64,000 nt of DNA from Octopus bimaculoides (GCF_001194135.2 NC_068988.1:64773874-64837873); one strand, 5' to 3'. Positions 36,885-48,035 are shown, counted from the stretch's first letter. The notes: generated from the letters alone by a model not told the origin. Made by a program: numbers and translations.

Positions 36885-37979
36885 NNNNNNNNNNNNNNNN
36901 NNNNNNNNNNNNNNNNNNNNNNNNNNNNNNNNNNNNNNNNNNNNNNNNNNNNNNNNNNNNNNNNNNNNNNNNNNNNNNNNNNNNNNNNNNNNNNNNNNNN
37001 NNNNNNNNNNNNNNNNNNNNNNNNNNNNNNNNNNNNNNNNNNNNNNNNNNNNNNNNNNNNNNNNNNNNNNNNNNNNNNNNNNNNNNNNNNNNNNNNNNNN
37101 NNNNNNNNNNNNNNNNNNNNNNNNNNNNNNNNNNNNNNNNNNNNNNNNNNNNNNNNNNNNNNNNNNNNNNNNNNNNNNNNNNNNNNNNNNNNNNNNNNNN
37201 NNNNNNNNNNNNNNNNNNNNNNNNNNNNNNNNNNNNNNNNNNNNNNNNNNNNNNNNNNNNNNNNNNNNNNNNNNNNNNNNNNNNNNNNNNNNNNNNNNNN
37301 NNNNNNNNNNNNNNNNNNNNNNNNNNNNNNNNNNNNNNNNNNNNNNNNNNNNNNNNNNNNNNNNNNNNNNNNNNNNNNNNNNNNNNNNNNNNNNNNNNNN
37401 NNNNNNNNNNNNNNNNNNNNNNNNNNNNNNNNNNNNNNNNNNNNNNNNNNNNNNNNNNNNNNNNNNNNNNNNNNNNNNNNNNNNNNNNNNNNNNNNNNNN
37501 NNNNNNNNNNNNNNNNNNNNNNNNNNNNNNNNNNNNNNNNNNNNNNNNNNNNNNNNNNNNNNNNNNNNNNNNNNNNNNNNNNNNNNNNNNNNNNNNNNNN
37601 NNNNNNNNNNNNNNNNNNNNNNNNNNNNNNNNNNNNNNNNNNNNNNNNNNNNNNNNNNNNNNNNNNNNNNNNNNNNNNNNNNNNNNNNNNNNNNNNNNNN
37701 NNNNNNNNNNNNNNNNNNNNNNNNNNGAGACATTCATATTTACATGTATTTCTTTTTCTTTTTAATTTTTAGTTTGTTTATTTGCTTATAAATTCCTTTA
37801 TGATGTTCTTGTGTTGTTATTGTTGTGATTTTTACTATTGGTGAACATTGGGCAAGACTAATTGATAAACTGGTACAGAAATTTCATCAAATAATTAACA
37901 CAAAAAAACAGAAATCACGAACCAGAGAAAGAGAGACAGCTTCTGAATCTCAAATTAGATATCAACCAATATTTTTGTA

Positions 37980-38024
<45 letters not shown>

Positions 38025-38344
38025 TGTGTCTGCATGATAGCTTTGTTTGATTTTTTTTGTGTATGTGTGTATATGCATATGCACATGTGTATATATATGT
38101 ACATGTGTGTGTATACACATATATATATGTGCACGTATGTTTTATGCCTATGTGAGCGTATATTTAATATATAAATGTGTATGTATGTGTGTACATATGT
38201 TTGTGTGTGATTGTGTGCATACATGTATATACATGTATAGCATATGCTCACTATGTTTATATACATGTGAGTGTATATATGTATATGTAACATATACATG
38301 TGTATGTGTGTATATGTCTTTGTCTATATACGATGCTTATATAT

Positions 38345-38505
38345 GATGTTAGTGTATTTACGACCACCGTAACTTAGCAGTTTGGCAATAGAGACTGATA
38401 GAATAAGTACTAGACTGACAAAGAATCAGTTCTGGGGTGGGGTGATTTGTTCGACTACAGCATGGCTGCGGTCAAATGACTGAAACAAGTAAAAGAATAA
38501 AAGAA
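38345..38505 (+). mobile_element. SINE family B (3' body)
   Basis: GTAACTTAGCAGTTTGGCAA..GATAGAATAAGTACTAG..CATGGCTGCGGTCAAATGACTGAAACAAGTAAAAGAAT. Confidence 0.85.
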
Positions 38506-39000
38506 CGTGTGTGTGTGTGTGTGTGTGCGTGTGTGCGTGCATGAATATGTATACAGACACACATGTATGCAATAAGACAGAACTAATTACTTATCACAAA
38601 ATGTTAATTTGCGTATTCTGGGACAATTTAGTTATTAAATAAATTAGATAATTACTTTATATTCATAGTTTTGTTTTATTGTTTTTCTATATATTTTCTT
38701 TGATTTTCTTTTTAACATTTTCCTTATTTTTTTACGAACTTCTTTGTTGCTATTGTGTTTTTTTTTATCCTATTTTCTGCTTGTTTCCAATATATTGCTG
38801 TACTACTGTCCATGATAAAGGGGCCCTTTATTTGTCCTTGATGGCTGTTGTCTTATTAGGAAGTCTCATTTCATTCCATATATATAATTCAGTTTTCTGT
38901 TTTCTCTTTTTTATTTTTCAATTATTGACCAGTGACCACACAAATTTAATAAAAACTGTCCTTGTAAATCTTCCTTCATTCATTGCCCTTAAGGTTAATT

Positions 39001-39370
39001 TTTAAATATCTTTATAATTAGCGACGGCGGAGGTATTGTTTTCAGTTGTTTTTGTTTGTTTGTTCGTGGACAAGATATCTCAAGAACCACAGGATGGATT
39101 TGGATGAAACTTTCAGGGATTTTTGGCCTCATGACTGGCATGAACTGATTAGATTTTGGGATCAATCTGTTTCCAGACAAGGATTCTGGATTATTTTTCC
39201 TGTTTTTTTACTTAAACTTTTGAGAGCGGTCAGGTTCATTTTTAGTATTCTCATTTGTGAGAGCAGTCGAGTTTATCATCTGATATTCTCATTTTAAAAA
39301 TCTTCTCCGGCTAATCGTTGAGAGGACATTGGTGTTGAATTGGCAGAGGTTTGCACTCTCTGAGTGCTCT
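39001..39370 (+). mobile_element. Helentron-associated-like (HINE/DINE-1-type) non-autonomous element
   Basis: GGCGGAGGT at 39026-34, (GTTT)n microsatellite, 3' GGCAGAGGT at 39342-50 followed by hairpin GCACTC-TCT-GAGTGC (39353-67); T-rich flanks. Confidence 0.55.
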
Positions 39371-39409
39371 TATTATTATTATTATTGAGTTAAAGAGCAA
39401 AGCATGCCT

Positions 39410-39460
39410 ATTATTATTATTATAATTATTATTATTATTATAATTATTATTATTATTATA

Positions 39461-39510
<50 letters not shown>

Positions 39511-39545
39511 CATCATCATCATCATCATCATCATTATTACTATTA
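39410..39545. repeat. (ATT)n/(ATC)n microsatellite
   Basis: Direct reading. Confidence 0.95.
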
Positions 39546-39755
39546 TTAAGGCAACAAGCTGATGGAATTGTTACCACGCTTGGAAAAATGTTCTGAGTCC
39601 ACTTTCCGAGATCAGATGTCCCCTGGGCCAACTTTGCCTCTCATCCTTTTGGGGGTCGGTAAAATAAGTACCAGTTGAATACTGGAGTTGATGTAATCAA
39701 CTTACCCCACCCCCAAGTTACTAGCTTTATACCAAAATTTGAAACCATCATTATT
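39546..39755 (+). mobile_element. SINE family C (internal deletion)
   Basis: TTTGCCTCTCATCCTTTTGGGGGTCGGTAAAATAAGTACCAGTTG..CCAAAATTTGAAACC. Confidence 0.8.
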
Positions 39756-40087
39756 AGATGGTGGTGACAAGGTGTTAGGGTGTCTACATCTTTGCTTCTT
39801 ATCACTGAAAAAAAAAAATGTAATTTTTACATTCTCTGTTGGCATTATGGCTGGTCACTCTATGTTAGTAATGACCTGTGGAATAAAATGTCCTTTCCTT
39901 GAAAAATACATAAGGATTGGCAATAGAAAGAGTATCTGGCTGTAAATTTCTTGCCCTTAACGAGTTCTGTGCTAGGACAGAAAAATGGACTTTAAACGAA
40001 TAAATACACATACAAATATACATACGTATAAGCATACACATACACACATATACATTCAAATACATATATATATTTGCATGTGTATAT

Positions 40088-40126
<39 letters not shown>

Positions 40127-40127
40127 C

Positions 40128-40179
<52 letters not shown>

Positions 40180-40189
40180 ATGTATATAA

Positions 40190-40310
40190 CATGGAAGTGG
40201 GTGAGAGATGCCAACAGGAAGGGCCTCCAGCCATAAAATTTTCTGCCTCAATAAATTCCATGTAAACCATGCAACAATGGAAAAGTGAACATAAAACTGA
40301 TGATAATGAT
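40190..40310 (+). mobile_element. RTE 3' end variant D'
   Basis: CAGGAAGGGCCTCCAGCCATAAAA..ATGGAAAAGTG..TGATGAT. Confidence 0.65.
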
Positions 40311-40324
40311 GATATATATTTATA

Positions 40325-40678
40325 TTTTCTTGTTTAGTCATTGGACTGCGACCATGCTGGGGCATTTCTTTAAGGGTTTAGTTGAACAAACTGACCCCAA
40401 TTCTTATCTTACATTTGATACTTATTCTGTCCTTTTTGGCAAACCAGTGAGTTACAGGGACACAAACAAACCAAAATTTGTTGTTTAACAGTGTAGAGGG
40501 GGGACACACACACTTCTACATAGTTTTCATGGGCTTCTACATAGTTTCCATCTACTAAATTCATTCACAAGGCATTGGTCAATTCAGAACTATAAAAGAT
40601 ACTTACCTAAGATGTTGTGCAGTGGGACTGAACCTGGATCCCCATTACCGCCAAGTAAGCTTTTTAACCACCCAGCCC
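40325..40678 (-). mobile_element. SINE family A/B, diverged
   Basis: B tail CAGTCATTGGACTGCGACCATGCTGGGGCA through A head GTGGGACTGAACCTGG. Confidence 0.8.
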
Positions 40679-41278
40679 TCATGTGTGTATACATACATAC
40701 ATATTATCAATGTCTGGCTTTTGAGTTTTCTTTGGTTTTTTTTAATCTCTCTTATATATTCATAATATATTCTTTTAGTTTTCTTATCAGTTGTTTTTGT
40801 CTTAATCTAATCTGGTAGAGCTTGAAATAATCAGCATTGTCTTTTTAATGAAACTTTAAGATATTGTGGGCGGTGTGGGGAGTTGATGGGTGAGAGCGAC
40901 GAAATTAAATTTTGAAACACTTTTGTGAAAAATCAACAAAAGAATATAATTAAGATAATTTGAGGAAAATTAAAGCAATAAATAAAAAAGCTGAACTTTA
41001 ATACAAAGTTTTTTTGAAAAGAAAAATTACCTTTTTTCATTATTAGAACACACATAGGTGTCTGTGTGTGTGTATGTGTGTGTGTGTACGTGTGTGTGTA
41101 TGAGATGTGTGTGTAGCCAATAAAGGTGTATAGATGTGTGTGTGTGTGTGTCTGTGTGTCATGGTGGTGCCCCAGCATGACTATAGATGAATGAATCAAA
41201 CCACAGAAGGTGGATGTATGTCGTGTGTGTATATGAGACGTGTGTAATATATATGATGTATATGTTGTGTGTTAGTAT

Positions 41279-41470
41279 ATCATCATCATCATCATCATCA
41301 TCGTTTAATGTCCGCTTTCCATGCTAGCATGGGTTGGACGATTTAACTGAGGACTGGTGAAACCAGATGGCTACACCAGGCTCCAATCTGATTTGGCAGA
41401 GTTTCTACAGCTGGATGCCCTTCCTAACGCCAACCACTCCAAGAGTGTAGTAGGTGCTTTTACGTGCCAC
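41279..41470 (-). mobile_element. 5'-truncated RTE 3' end (family D), young
   Basis: (ATC)n GTTTAATGTCCGCTTTCCATGCTAGCATGGGTTGG..GGATGCCCTTCCTAACGCCAACC. Confidence 0.85.
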
Positions 41471-42340
41471 AGGTGCGATGAATAAACTGTCGTCTAAATT
41501 ACTCAAAAAGGAAAATAACATTGACACCTCGTTTTAACAGATATATTTACCAAAATTACATTAAAATATTTTGAAATACTAAAAAGTAAATTCATTCAAT
41601 AAAATCGTCATTGGCTTCAACCACGGCCTCCAGACAACTTTGGAATCTCCTGCAACTCTTCTCGACACTATCCTTGTTTAAGTTGATGAATGTTGCCATA
41701 ATCCTTGCCTTCAGTTCATCTTTGGTGTTACAAGGAATTTTGTTGGACTCTTGCTCAACTGCGCCCCACACATAATAATCAAAGAGGTTGCAGTCTGGGG
41801 AGTTAGGTAACCTGATGTTAGGCGTGAAGTTGCAGAAATTGTCTGACAGCCATGACTGGATTCTCCTGCTTGTGTGGCATGGTGCAGAGTCATGTTGCCA
41901 GACACAGGATCTTCCAGCAGCCACCCTCTTCACCCAGGGCAGCACTACTTCTTCCAAGCACTTGATGTAGGCTTCTGTGTTGAGTTTGAGGCCATGTCGG
42001 AAGATGAATGGAGGCGTAATGTCACCATCAATAGTGACCGCTCCAAACACCATGATGTTGACTGGATGTTTGATTTTTATCACTCTTGGTACATGTCCTC
42101 AGACTGACACCCAAACACTCTTAAATGTTTGTATTGAAGCTTCCGGTGTGAATGCCAAGCAGTACATCATGTCATTTCTAAATTTCTGGCAGAGTGAATT
42201 GTGTCGTGGTGCTGTTTTTCTCACAGATGGTGCCCAACAGACCCTACTATACTGTGTAGTTGAAAAAATCAAAAACAAATAATGCGCATGCATGAAATTA
42301 AGAATATAAAATGGCAACAATTTACCCATCACACCCTGTA
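41470..42340 (-). mobile_element. Internally deleted Tc1/mariner DD37D (maT-type) transposon, ~870 bp
   Basis: ORF 41592-42083: VMVFG-like IMVFGAV, WQHDSAPCH...PNSPDCNLFDYYVWG with 36 residues between D and D (consistent with a one-codon loss from DD37D); TIR CAGGGTGTGATGGGTAAATT at 42338 with TA; diverged partner CAGGTGCGATGAATAAACT at 41470; stop-riddled N-terminal fragment joined at about 42095. Confidence 0.9.
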
Positions 42341-42344
42341 TCTA

Positions 42345-42387
<43 letters not shown>

Positions 42388-42553
42388 ATGTGTTTGTGTA
42401 TATATATGACATATGTTATGTGTGTGTATATAGCATATATATATGTTGCATATGTGTGTGTATATATGACATGTATGTAGCTATCTGTGTATGTATGCAT
42501 GACATACATATGCCCTGTGTGTGTGAGTGTATATATATATGTATAAATATATA

Positions 42554-42599
<46 letters not shown>

Positions 42600-42609
<10 letters not shown>

Positions 42610-42799
42610 CATCTTTATTATGTAAATTGTACAAATTATTGTTTAATTAATTGTGCAAGTCAAAAGATCAGGAAATAATAAATTAAACAAATAACTAAAT
42701 AATCAGATTTTTTTTTCTTTTTCTTTTGCAACTTTATAAAATTTTGACAGATTTCGGTCTATTTCGATACAAATTTTGTGTATAGCTTTCACCCCTGTA
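42600..42799. mobile_element. Possible end of another Tc1/mariner-type element
   Basis: Ends ...TTTCACCCCTG|TA (CAGGGG-type TIR plus TA); no partner TIR found. Confidence 0.3.
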
Positions 42800-42994
42800 C
42801 CCCCCCAATCTAATATCTTTCCCCCTGTGCCCCCCAATCTTGTATCTTTTCAACTAAATTTAGGTATATACATGATAGGGAGTGAATTGGCTTAGTCATA
42901 AGTGCACAGGATAAAATGCTTTGCACTATTTATTTCTCCAGCTCCCTGTGTTCAGGGCTCAAGTCCCAGTAATACTTTATTATTTTTTTTTTTA

Positions 42995-43229
42995 TCTTTT
43001 ACTTGTTTCAGTCATTGGACTGTGGTCATGCTGGAGCACCACTCTTGAAGAGTTTTGGTCAAATTGACCCCCACTAATTATGTTACGATTTTGTTTTGTT
43101 TTTTTTTCTTTTTATTTAGTTTGGTGCTTGTTCTATTGATACCTTTTGCTGAACCACTAGTTGACAGGGGTGTAAGCAAACCAACACCAGTTGTCAAGCA
43201 GTGGGTGATGGGGGAGACAAATACAGATG

Positions 43230-43273
<44 letters not shown>

Positions 43274-43475
43274 ACAAGCTTTTTTTCATTTTCTGTTTAG
43301 CAAATTCATTCACACCACCTTAAAGGGTTTTAGTCAAAGAACTCAACTCCAAGACTTTCTAAGCCTAGTACTTATTCTATCAGTTTGTTTTGCTGAAATG
43401 CTAAGTAACGGGGATGTAAACACACCAACATCAGTTGTCAAGTGATGGCAAGGGTGCAAACACAAAGACACATAC
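42995..43475 (-). mobile_element. Two tandem SINE family B bodies with an A fragment between them
   Basis: CTTTTACTTGTTTCAGTCATTGGACTGTGGTCATGCTGGAGCACC; second GCCTAGTACTTATTCTATC..GATGTAAACACACCAACATC. Confidence 0.8.
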
Positions 43476-43517
43476 ACATAAATACACACACACACACACA
43501 AACATACATACATATAT

Positions 43518-43623
43518 ATATCATCATCATCATCATCATCATCGTTTAACGTCCGCTTTCCATGCTAGCATGGGTTGTACGATTTGACTGAGGACTGGTG
43601 AAACTGGATGGCAACATCAGGCT

Positions 43624-43627
<4 letters not shown>
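43518..43627 (-). mobile_element. 5'-truncated RTE 3' end (family D)
   Basis: Nearly identical to the first 110 bp of 41279-41470. Confidence 0.85.
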
Positions 43628-43655
<28 letters not shown>

Positions 43656-43659
<4 letters not shown>

Positions 43660-43860
43660 AATGTAACCACATGTGAATCATTGGCAGTTTTCTTCCTCCG
43701 TCTTCCCTTCTTTTGGACTTTCCTCTGTTTCCGAAGAAGAGCATCTGCTCGAAACATTAAACCATCTTTCTTTCCTTCCTGAGCATCTGCTAATACATTA
43801 CATATACCACGTCCTCACGTTGTTGGGTTTTTTGTGCTTGTTCTTTTTGGGATTTATTAT
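43656..43860 (+). mobile_element. Penelope-like element terminal repeat remnant
   Basis: Pyrimidine-rich segment carrying a hammerhead-like core; assignment rests on the known PLE-hammerhead association. Confidence 0.55.
43727..43762 (+). ncRNA. Degenerate minimal type I hammerhead ribozyme motif
   Basis: GTTT-CCGAAGA-A-GAGC atct GCTC-GAA-ACAT-T-AAAC: stems I and II pair, but core U4>C and the stem III palindrome is broken. Confidence 0.55.
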
Positions 43861-44609
43861 ATATATATANNNNNNNNNNNNNNNNNNNNNNNNNNNNNNN
43901 NNNNNNNNNNNNNNNNNNNNNNNNNNNNNNNNNNNNNNNNNNNNNNNNNNNNNNNNNNNNNNNNNNNNNNNNNNNNNNNNNNNNNNNNNNNNNNNNNNNN
44001 NNNNNNNNNNNNNNNNNNNNNNNNNNNNNNNNNNNNNNNNNNNNNNNNNNNNNNNNNNNNNNNNNNNNNNNNNNNNNNNNNNNNNNNNNNNNNNNNNNNN
44101 NNNNNNNNNNNNNNNNNNNNNNNNNNNNNNNNNNNNNNNNNNNNNNNNNNNNNNNNNNNNNNNNNNNNNNNNNNNNNNNNNNNNNNNNNNNNNNNNNNNN
44201 NNNNNNNNNNNNNNNNNNNNNNNNNNNNNNNNNNNNNNNNNNNNNNNNNNNNNNNNNNNNNNNNNNNNNNNNNNNNNNNNNNNNNNNNNNNNNNNNNNNN
44301 NNNNNTTTTTTTTTTTTTTTTTTTTTTTTTTCTGCGTGTATGTGTGTGTTTTGTTTTTATTTCATGATCTTGTAATCTTGTTTAACAATGTATTGTTACA
44401 GCAATCTTCTGTTTTGATAGGAGAAAATCTTAAGCTAGCCAGCCAAATCAAATTATCTTTATTTATTTGTTCAATGCTTGTTTAAACCCAAGGCACAGAA
44501 GTAAACGATTAACCAAAACTGCTCATCAACCACCACCACCACAGCAACAACAACAACAACAACACCAATAATAACAATAACAACAACGATAATAATAACA
44601 ATAATGATA

Positions 44610-44784
44610 ATAATTTCTTTTATCTTTTATTGGCCACAAGGGTCCAAGACATTGGAGACAATCGAAGTATGAATTACAAAAACAGTTGAGCTGATTTATA
44701 TAGACTAAAAAAAAAAAAGAGTGAACTCAACATTAATAACAAATAGCAATCATACAGGAATAACGATGAGAAACAATAAATAAC

Positions 44785-44822
<38 letters not shown>

Positions 44823-44870
44823 CATCTTTATTTCATTATTGGCCACAAGGGTTTAAGCATGTAGCACAAA
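44610..44870 (-). mobile_element. Two LINE 3' tail remnants ending CCCTTGTGGCCAATAA + (TTA)n
   Basis: TTATTGGCCACAAGGG at about 44627 and 44836; same end motif at about 54405. Confidence 0.55.
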
Positions 44871-45031
44871 ACATGCAGTGGATGTACATAAATAATAATA
44901 ATCAGTGTGATTTTTATTTCGTGATTAACATTTCGTCCTCAAAGTTTAATTACTGTAATTGTTTAGTAATGACTAATTAGGTCAAAATTTAGTTATCATT
45001 TGAGATGGAGTTTATTTTTTTTTTCTATCTC

Positions 45032-45119
45032 GGACCTACATATTTGAGATAGTTTGAACTTATTTTTCTCTCTCTCCCTCTCTCTTCCACAGACCTACAT
45101 ATTTGAAACAGTGTGAGCT

Positions 45120-45201
<82 letters not shown>

Positions 45202-45340
45202 CCTGTATCTCTCTCTCTCTGACTTTCTCTCTCTCTGACTTTCTCTCTCCCTGTATCTCTCTCTCTCCTCCACATATTTGAGACAGTTTGAGCTTCTCAC
45301 TTTGTAGTGTGGATCCACATATTTAAAACACAATGAAATT
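45032..45340. repeat. Four ~30-nt cores separated by (CT)n spacers of very different length
   Basis: GACCTACATATTTGAGACAGTTTGAGCTT-like at 45032, 45091, 45270 and 45311. Confidence 0.8.
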
Positions 45341-46371
45341 GTCACTCTCTGTTGCAAATTTACTGATTTAGTTTTACATTTCAGACAGATTGAGCTCGTC
45401 AGTCTTCATTACAAATCTACTCATCAAATTAATTGCAGAGAACAAGTAATTTACCACTACTCCCTCTCTCTTTCCACCATCCACCATCCCTCTTTATCTG
45501 CTTACTCTATCTTTTCTCTCCCTCTCTCTTTCTCTCTCTCCCTCTCTCTTTCTCTCTCATGCATGCACTCACAAGATGACAACAACAACAGCAACACTTC
45601 CATCAAACTGCACATCACCTATAAATCAAAGGACCACTCTTGTTACATATTCTGTCACTGATTCACCTCATGAATTACGTGCCTGTGGAATACACAGCCA
45701 TTACACATTAATTTAACAAATAGGTCATTCAGTTTCTCAAAGAATTCGATTATTGTCAAAATCACCAGAGGATCCTTAATAAAAATAATAATAATAATAA
45801 TAATAATAATGACGGACTCTTCTGTCAAAGACACTGCATGAGCAAAAGCTGAACGATCTACACAAATGATTTGTTTATTGTGATCAAATGCTCGAGCCAC
45901 ACATTTGCTCACTCATTCCATCAAAGCGATGTTGTCTGAACAGGTGCACTCTGTACTGGATTAACCATAAGCTAAATAAGCACATGCTTAGGGCATCAAG
46001 GGAAAAGGGACGCTACAGAAATGGTAAATGGTTTTGTGGCTCAAAAGAAATCACTTTAAATTTGCTCAACTAATATTCAACGTGGTTTATATGATTGGAA
46101 ATATAATTTTGTAGTGTTCATGGTAACATAGTGAGGATCTCATCAAAGACTTTGCTATTAGAAAAAGTCTGAGAAAACTTTTGAAATATAAATAAACTTG
46201 GTCGTATATAAAAATAAGTATTATTTTCCGTCTTACTGTTAATTCTATTTCATTTTGGAAAATATGAATTTATTTTATGGTTTGTTACTGTTTATATTTT
46301 CAATTACATATATATGGAGGAACCAAAATTTTTCAAGCGCTTAGGGCCTTTTGGGTCTAAATCTGGCCCAG

Positions 46372-46530
46372 GGTGCACTGTGTACCATGTGTCAGGTGTC
46401 AAAGTGCTCGCAGAGCAACAGGAAATGCAGCGTTTTGCTCAAGAACACAACACATCACCTGGTCTAGGAATTGAAATTACGATCACTAAATTGTGAGTGT
46501 AACACCCTAACCACTAGGCCATGTGTCCTC
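46372..46530 (-). mobile_element. tRNA/CORE-like SINE head (family F-like)
   Basis: Minus strand GAGGACACATGGCCTAGTGGTTAGGG..TTCAATTCC..GTTCTTGAGCAAAAC. Confidence 0.75.
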
Positions 46531-46540
46531 AATAATAATG

Positions 46541-46748
46541 ATAATCCTTTCTACTAAAGGCACAAGGCCTCAAATTTGGTGAAAGGGGACTAGTCGATTA
46601 CATTGATACTGGTACTTAATTTATCAACCCCGAAAGAATGAAAGGTAAGGTCAACCTTGATGGAATTTGAACTCAGAATCTAGAGACAGGCAAAATACCA
46701 CAAAGCATTTTGACCAACATGCTAACGATGCTGCCAGCTTCTGCCTTG
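46541..46748 (-). mobile_element. SINE family C
   Basis: ATAATCCTTTCTACTAAAGGCACAAGGCC..GAATTTGAACTCAGAA..GCTAACGATGCTGCCAGC. Confidence 0.9.
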
Positions 46749-46765
46749 ATAATAATAATAATAAT

Positions 46766-46902
46766 AGATCACCATGTCACGCACATATGGTTGTGATGCA
46801 TGTGCCTGGTGTACCCTTATCAGACGGGTAGTCATGATGGGTATAATGGGCTTCGTATATTTTACCCCAGTGTCATTTTGATGGCATGCACTGCTCTCTC
46901 AC

Positions 46903-46949
<47 letters not shown>

Positions 46950-46950
46950 C
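46766..46950 (+). mobile_element. 3' part of another retroposon with (AAT)n tail
   Basis: CTTATCAGACGGGTAGTCATGATGGG..GGCATGCACTGCTCTCTCACTT(AAT)n. Confidence 0.5.
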
Positions 46951-47190
46951 ATTGCTTCTGATATCACAATTATGCACAAAGATACACATGAATGGGTCAC
47001 AATTGATGTCACTGTTCCTGCTGAGTGTGAAGGTAGACAAACACCAGGATGTGGCAAGCCACGTATGGGAGACACATTAAACAACAGCCAAAGTTGCCTC
47101 TTTTGTTACCAGGACACTGGGAACAATTTCAAAGCATCTGGATGCAATGCCTGAGACCTTAAGCACACCAGATATATTAGTGGTGGGGGG
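46951..47190 (+). mobile_element. R4/Dong-type non-LTR retrotransposon fragment (restriction-like endonuclease domain)
   Basis: SDITIMHKDTHEWVTIDVTVPAE (PD..D-like motif), frameshift near 47026-29, then KVDKHQDVA...FVTRTLGTISKH, resembling the KYQDL...VIGALGTI motifs of RLE-bearing elements. Confidence 0.7.
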
Positions 47191-47377
47191 GGGGTGTACG
47201 AATGGCTGTGGTGCTTCGAATGGCTCCTGAGCTGGGGAAGGTGTAGTGCCTCTGAGCTGTGTGTTTGCAGGAGCTGAGGCATAATTACACATTACCTGAC
47301 TGTGAAACATCTGTGTGTTAGAGAGCAATGACTTTAATCATGATAGTATGATGTGTACACACACATACACTCACATC

Positions 47378-47418
<41 letters not shown>

Positions 47419-47905
47419 NNNNNNNNNNNNNNNNNNNNNNNNNNNNNNNNNNNNNNNNNNNNNNNNNNNNNNNNNNNNNNNNNNNNNNNNNNNNNNNNNN
47501 NNNNNNNNNNNNNNNNNNNNNNNNNNNNNNNNNNNNNNNNNNNNNNNNNNNNNNNNNNNNNNNNNNNNNNNNNNNNNNNNNNNNNNNNNNNNNNNNNNNN
47601 NNNNNNNNNNNNNNNNNNNNNNNNNNNNNNNNNNNNNNNNNNNNNNNNNNNNNNNNNNNNNNNNNNNNNNNNNNNNNNNNNNNNNNNNNNNNNNNNNNNN
47701 NNNNNNNNNNNNNNNNNNNNNNNNNNNNNNNNNNNNNNNNNNNNNNNNNNNNNNNNNNNNNNNNNNNNNNNNNNNNNNNNNNNNNNNNNNNNNNNNNNNN
47801 NNNNNNNNNNNNNNNNNNNNNNNNNNNNNNNNNNNNNNNNNNNNNNNNNNNNNNNNNNNNNNNNNNNNNNNNNNNNNNNNNNNNNNNNNNNNNNNNNNNN
47901 NNNNN

Positions 47906-48035
47906 TAACAAAAGTATATATTAGTATGACGCTCGGGAATACGGAAAGTCTTTGACGTTTCGAGCTACGCTCTTCAACAGAAAGAATACGGAGACAAGGA
48001 GAAAAACACGGAGAAAAAAAATTGAATAGTGTTCA
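47906..48035 (-). mobile_element. Penelope-like element terminal repeat remnant (second subfamily)
   Basis: Contains the hammerhead motif below; left side lost in the gap. Confidence 0.55.
47949..47985 (-). ncRNA. Minimal type I hammerhead ribozyme-like motif with variant core
   Basis: Minus strand UCUUU-CUGUUGA-A-GAGC gua GCUC-GAA-ACGU-C-AAAGA: 5-bp stem I, 4-bp stem II, palindromic ACGU stem III, GUC cleavage triplet. Confidence 0.7.
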
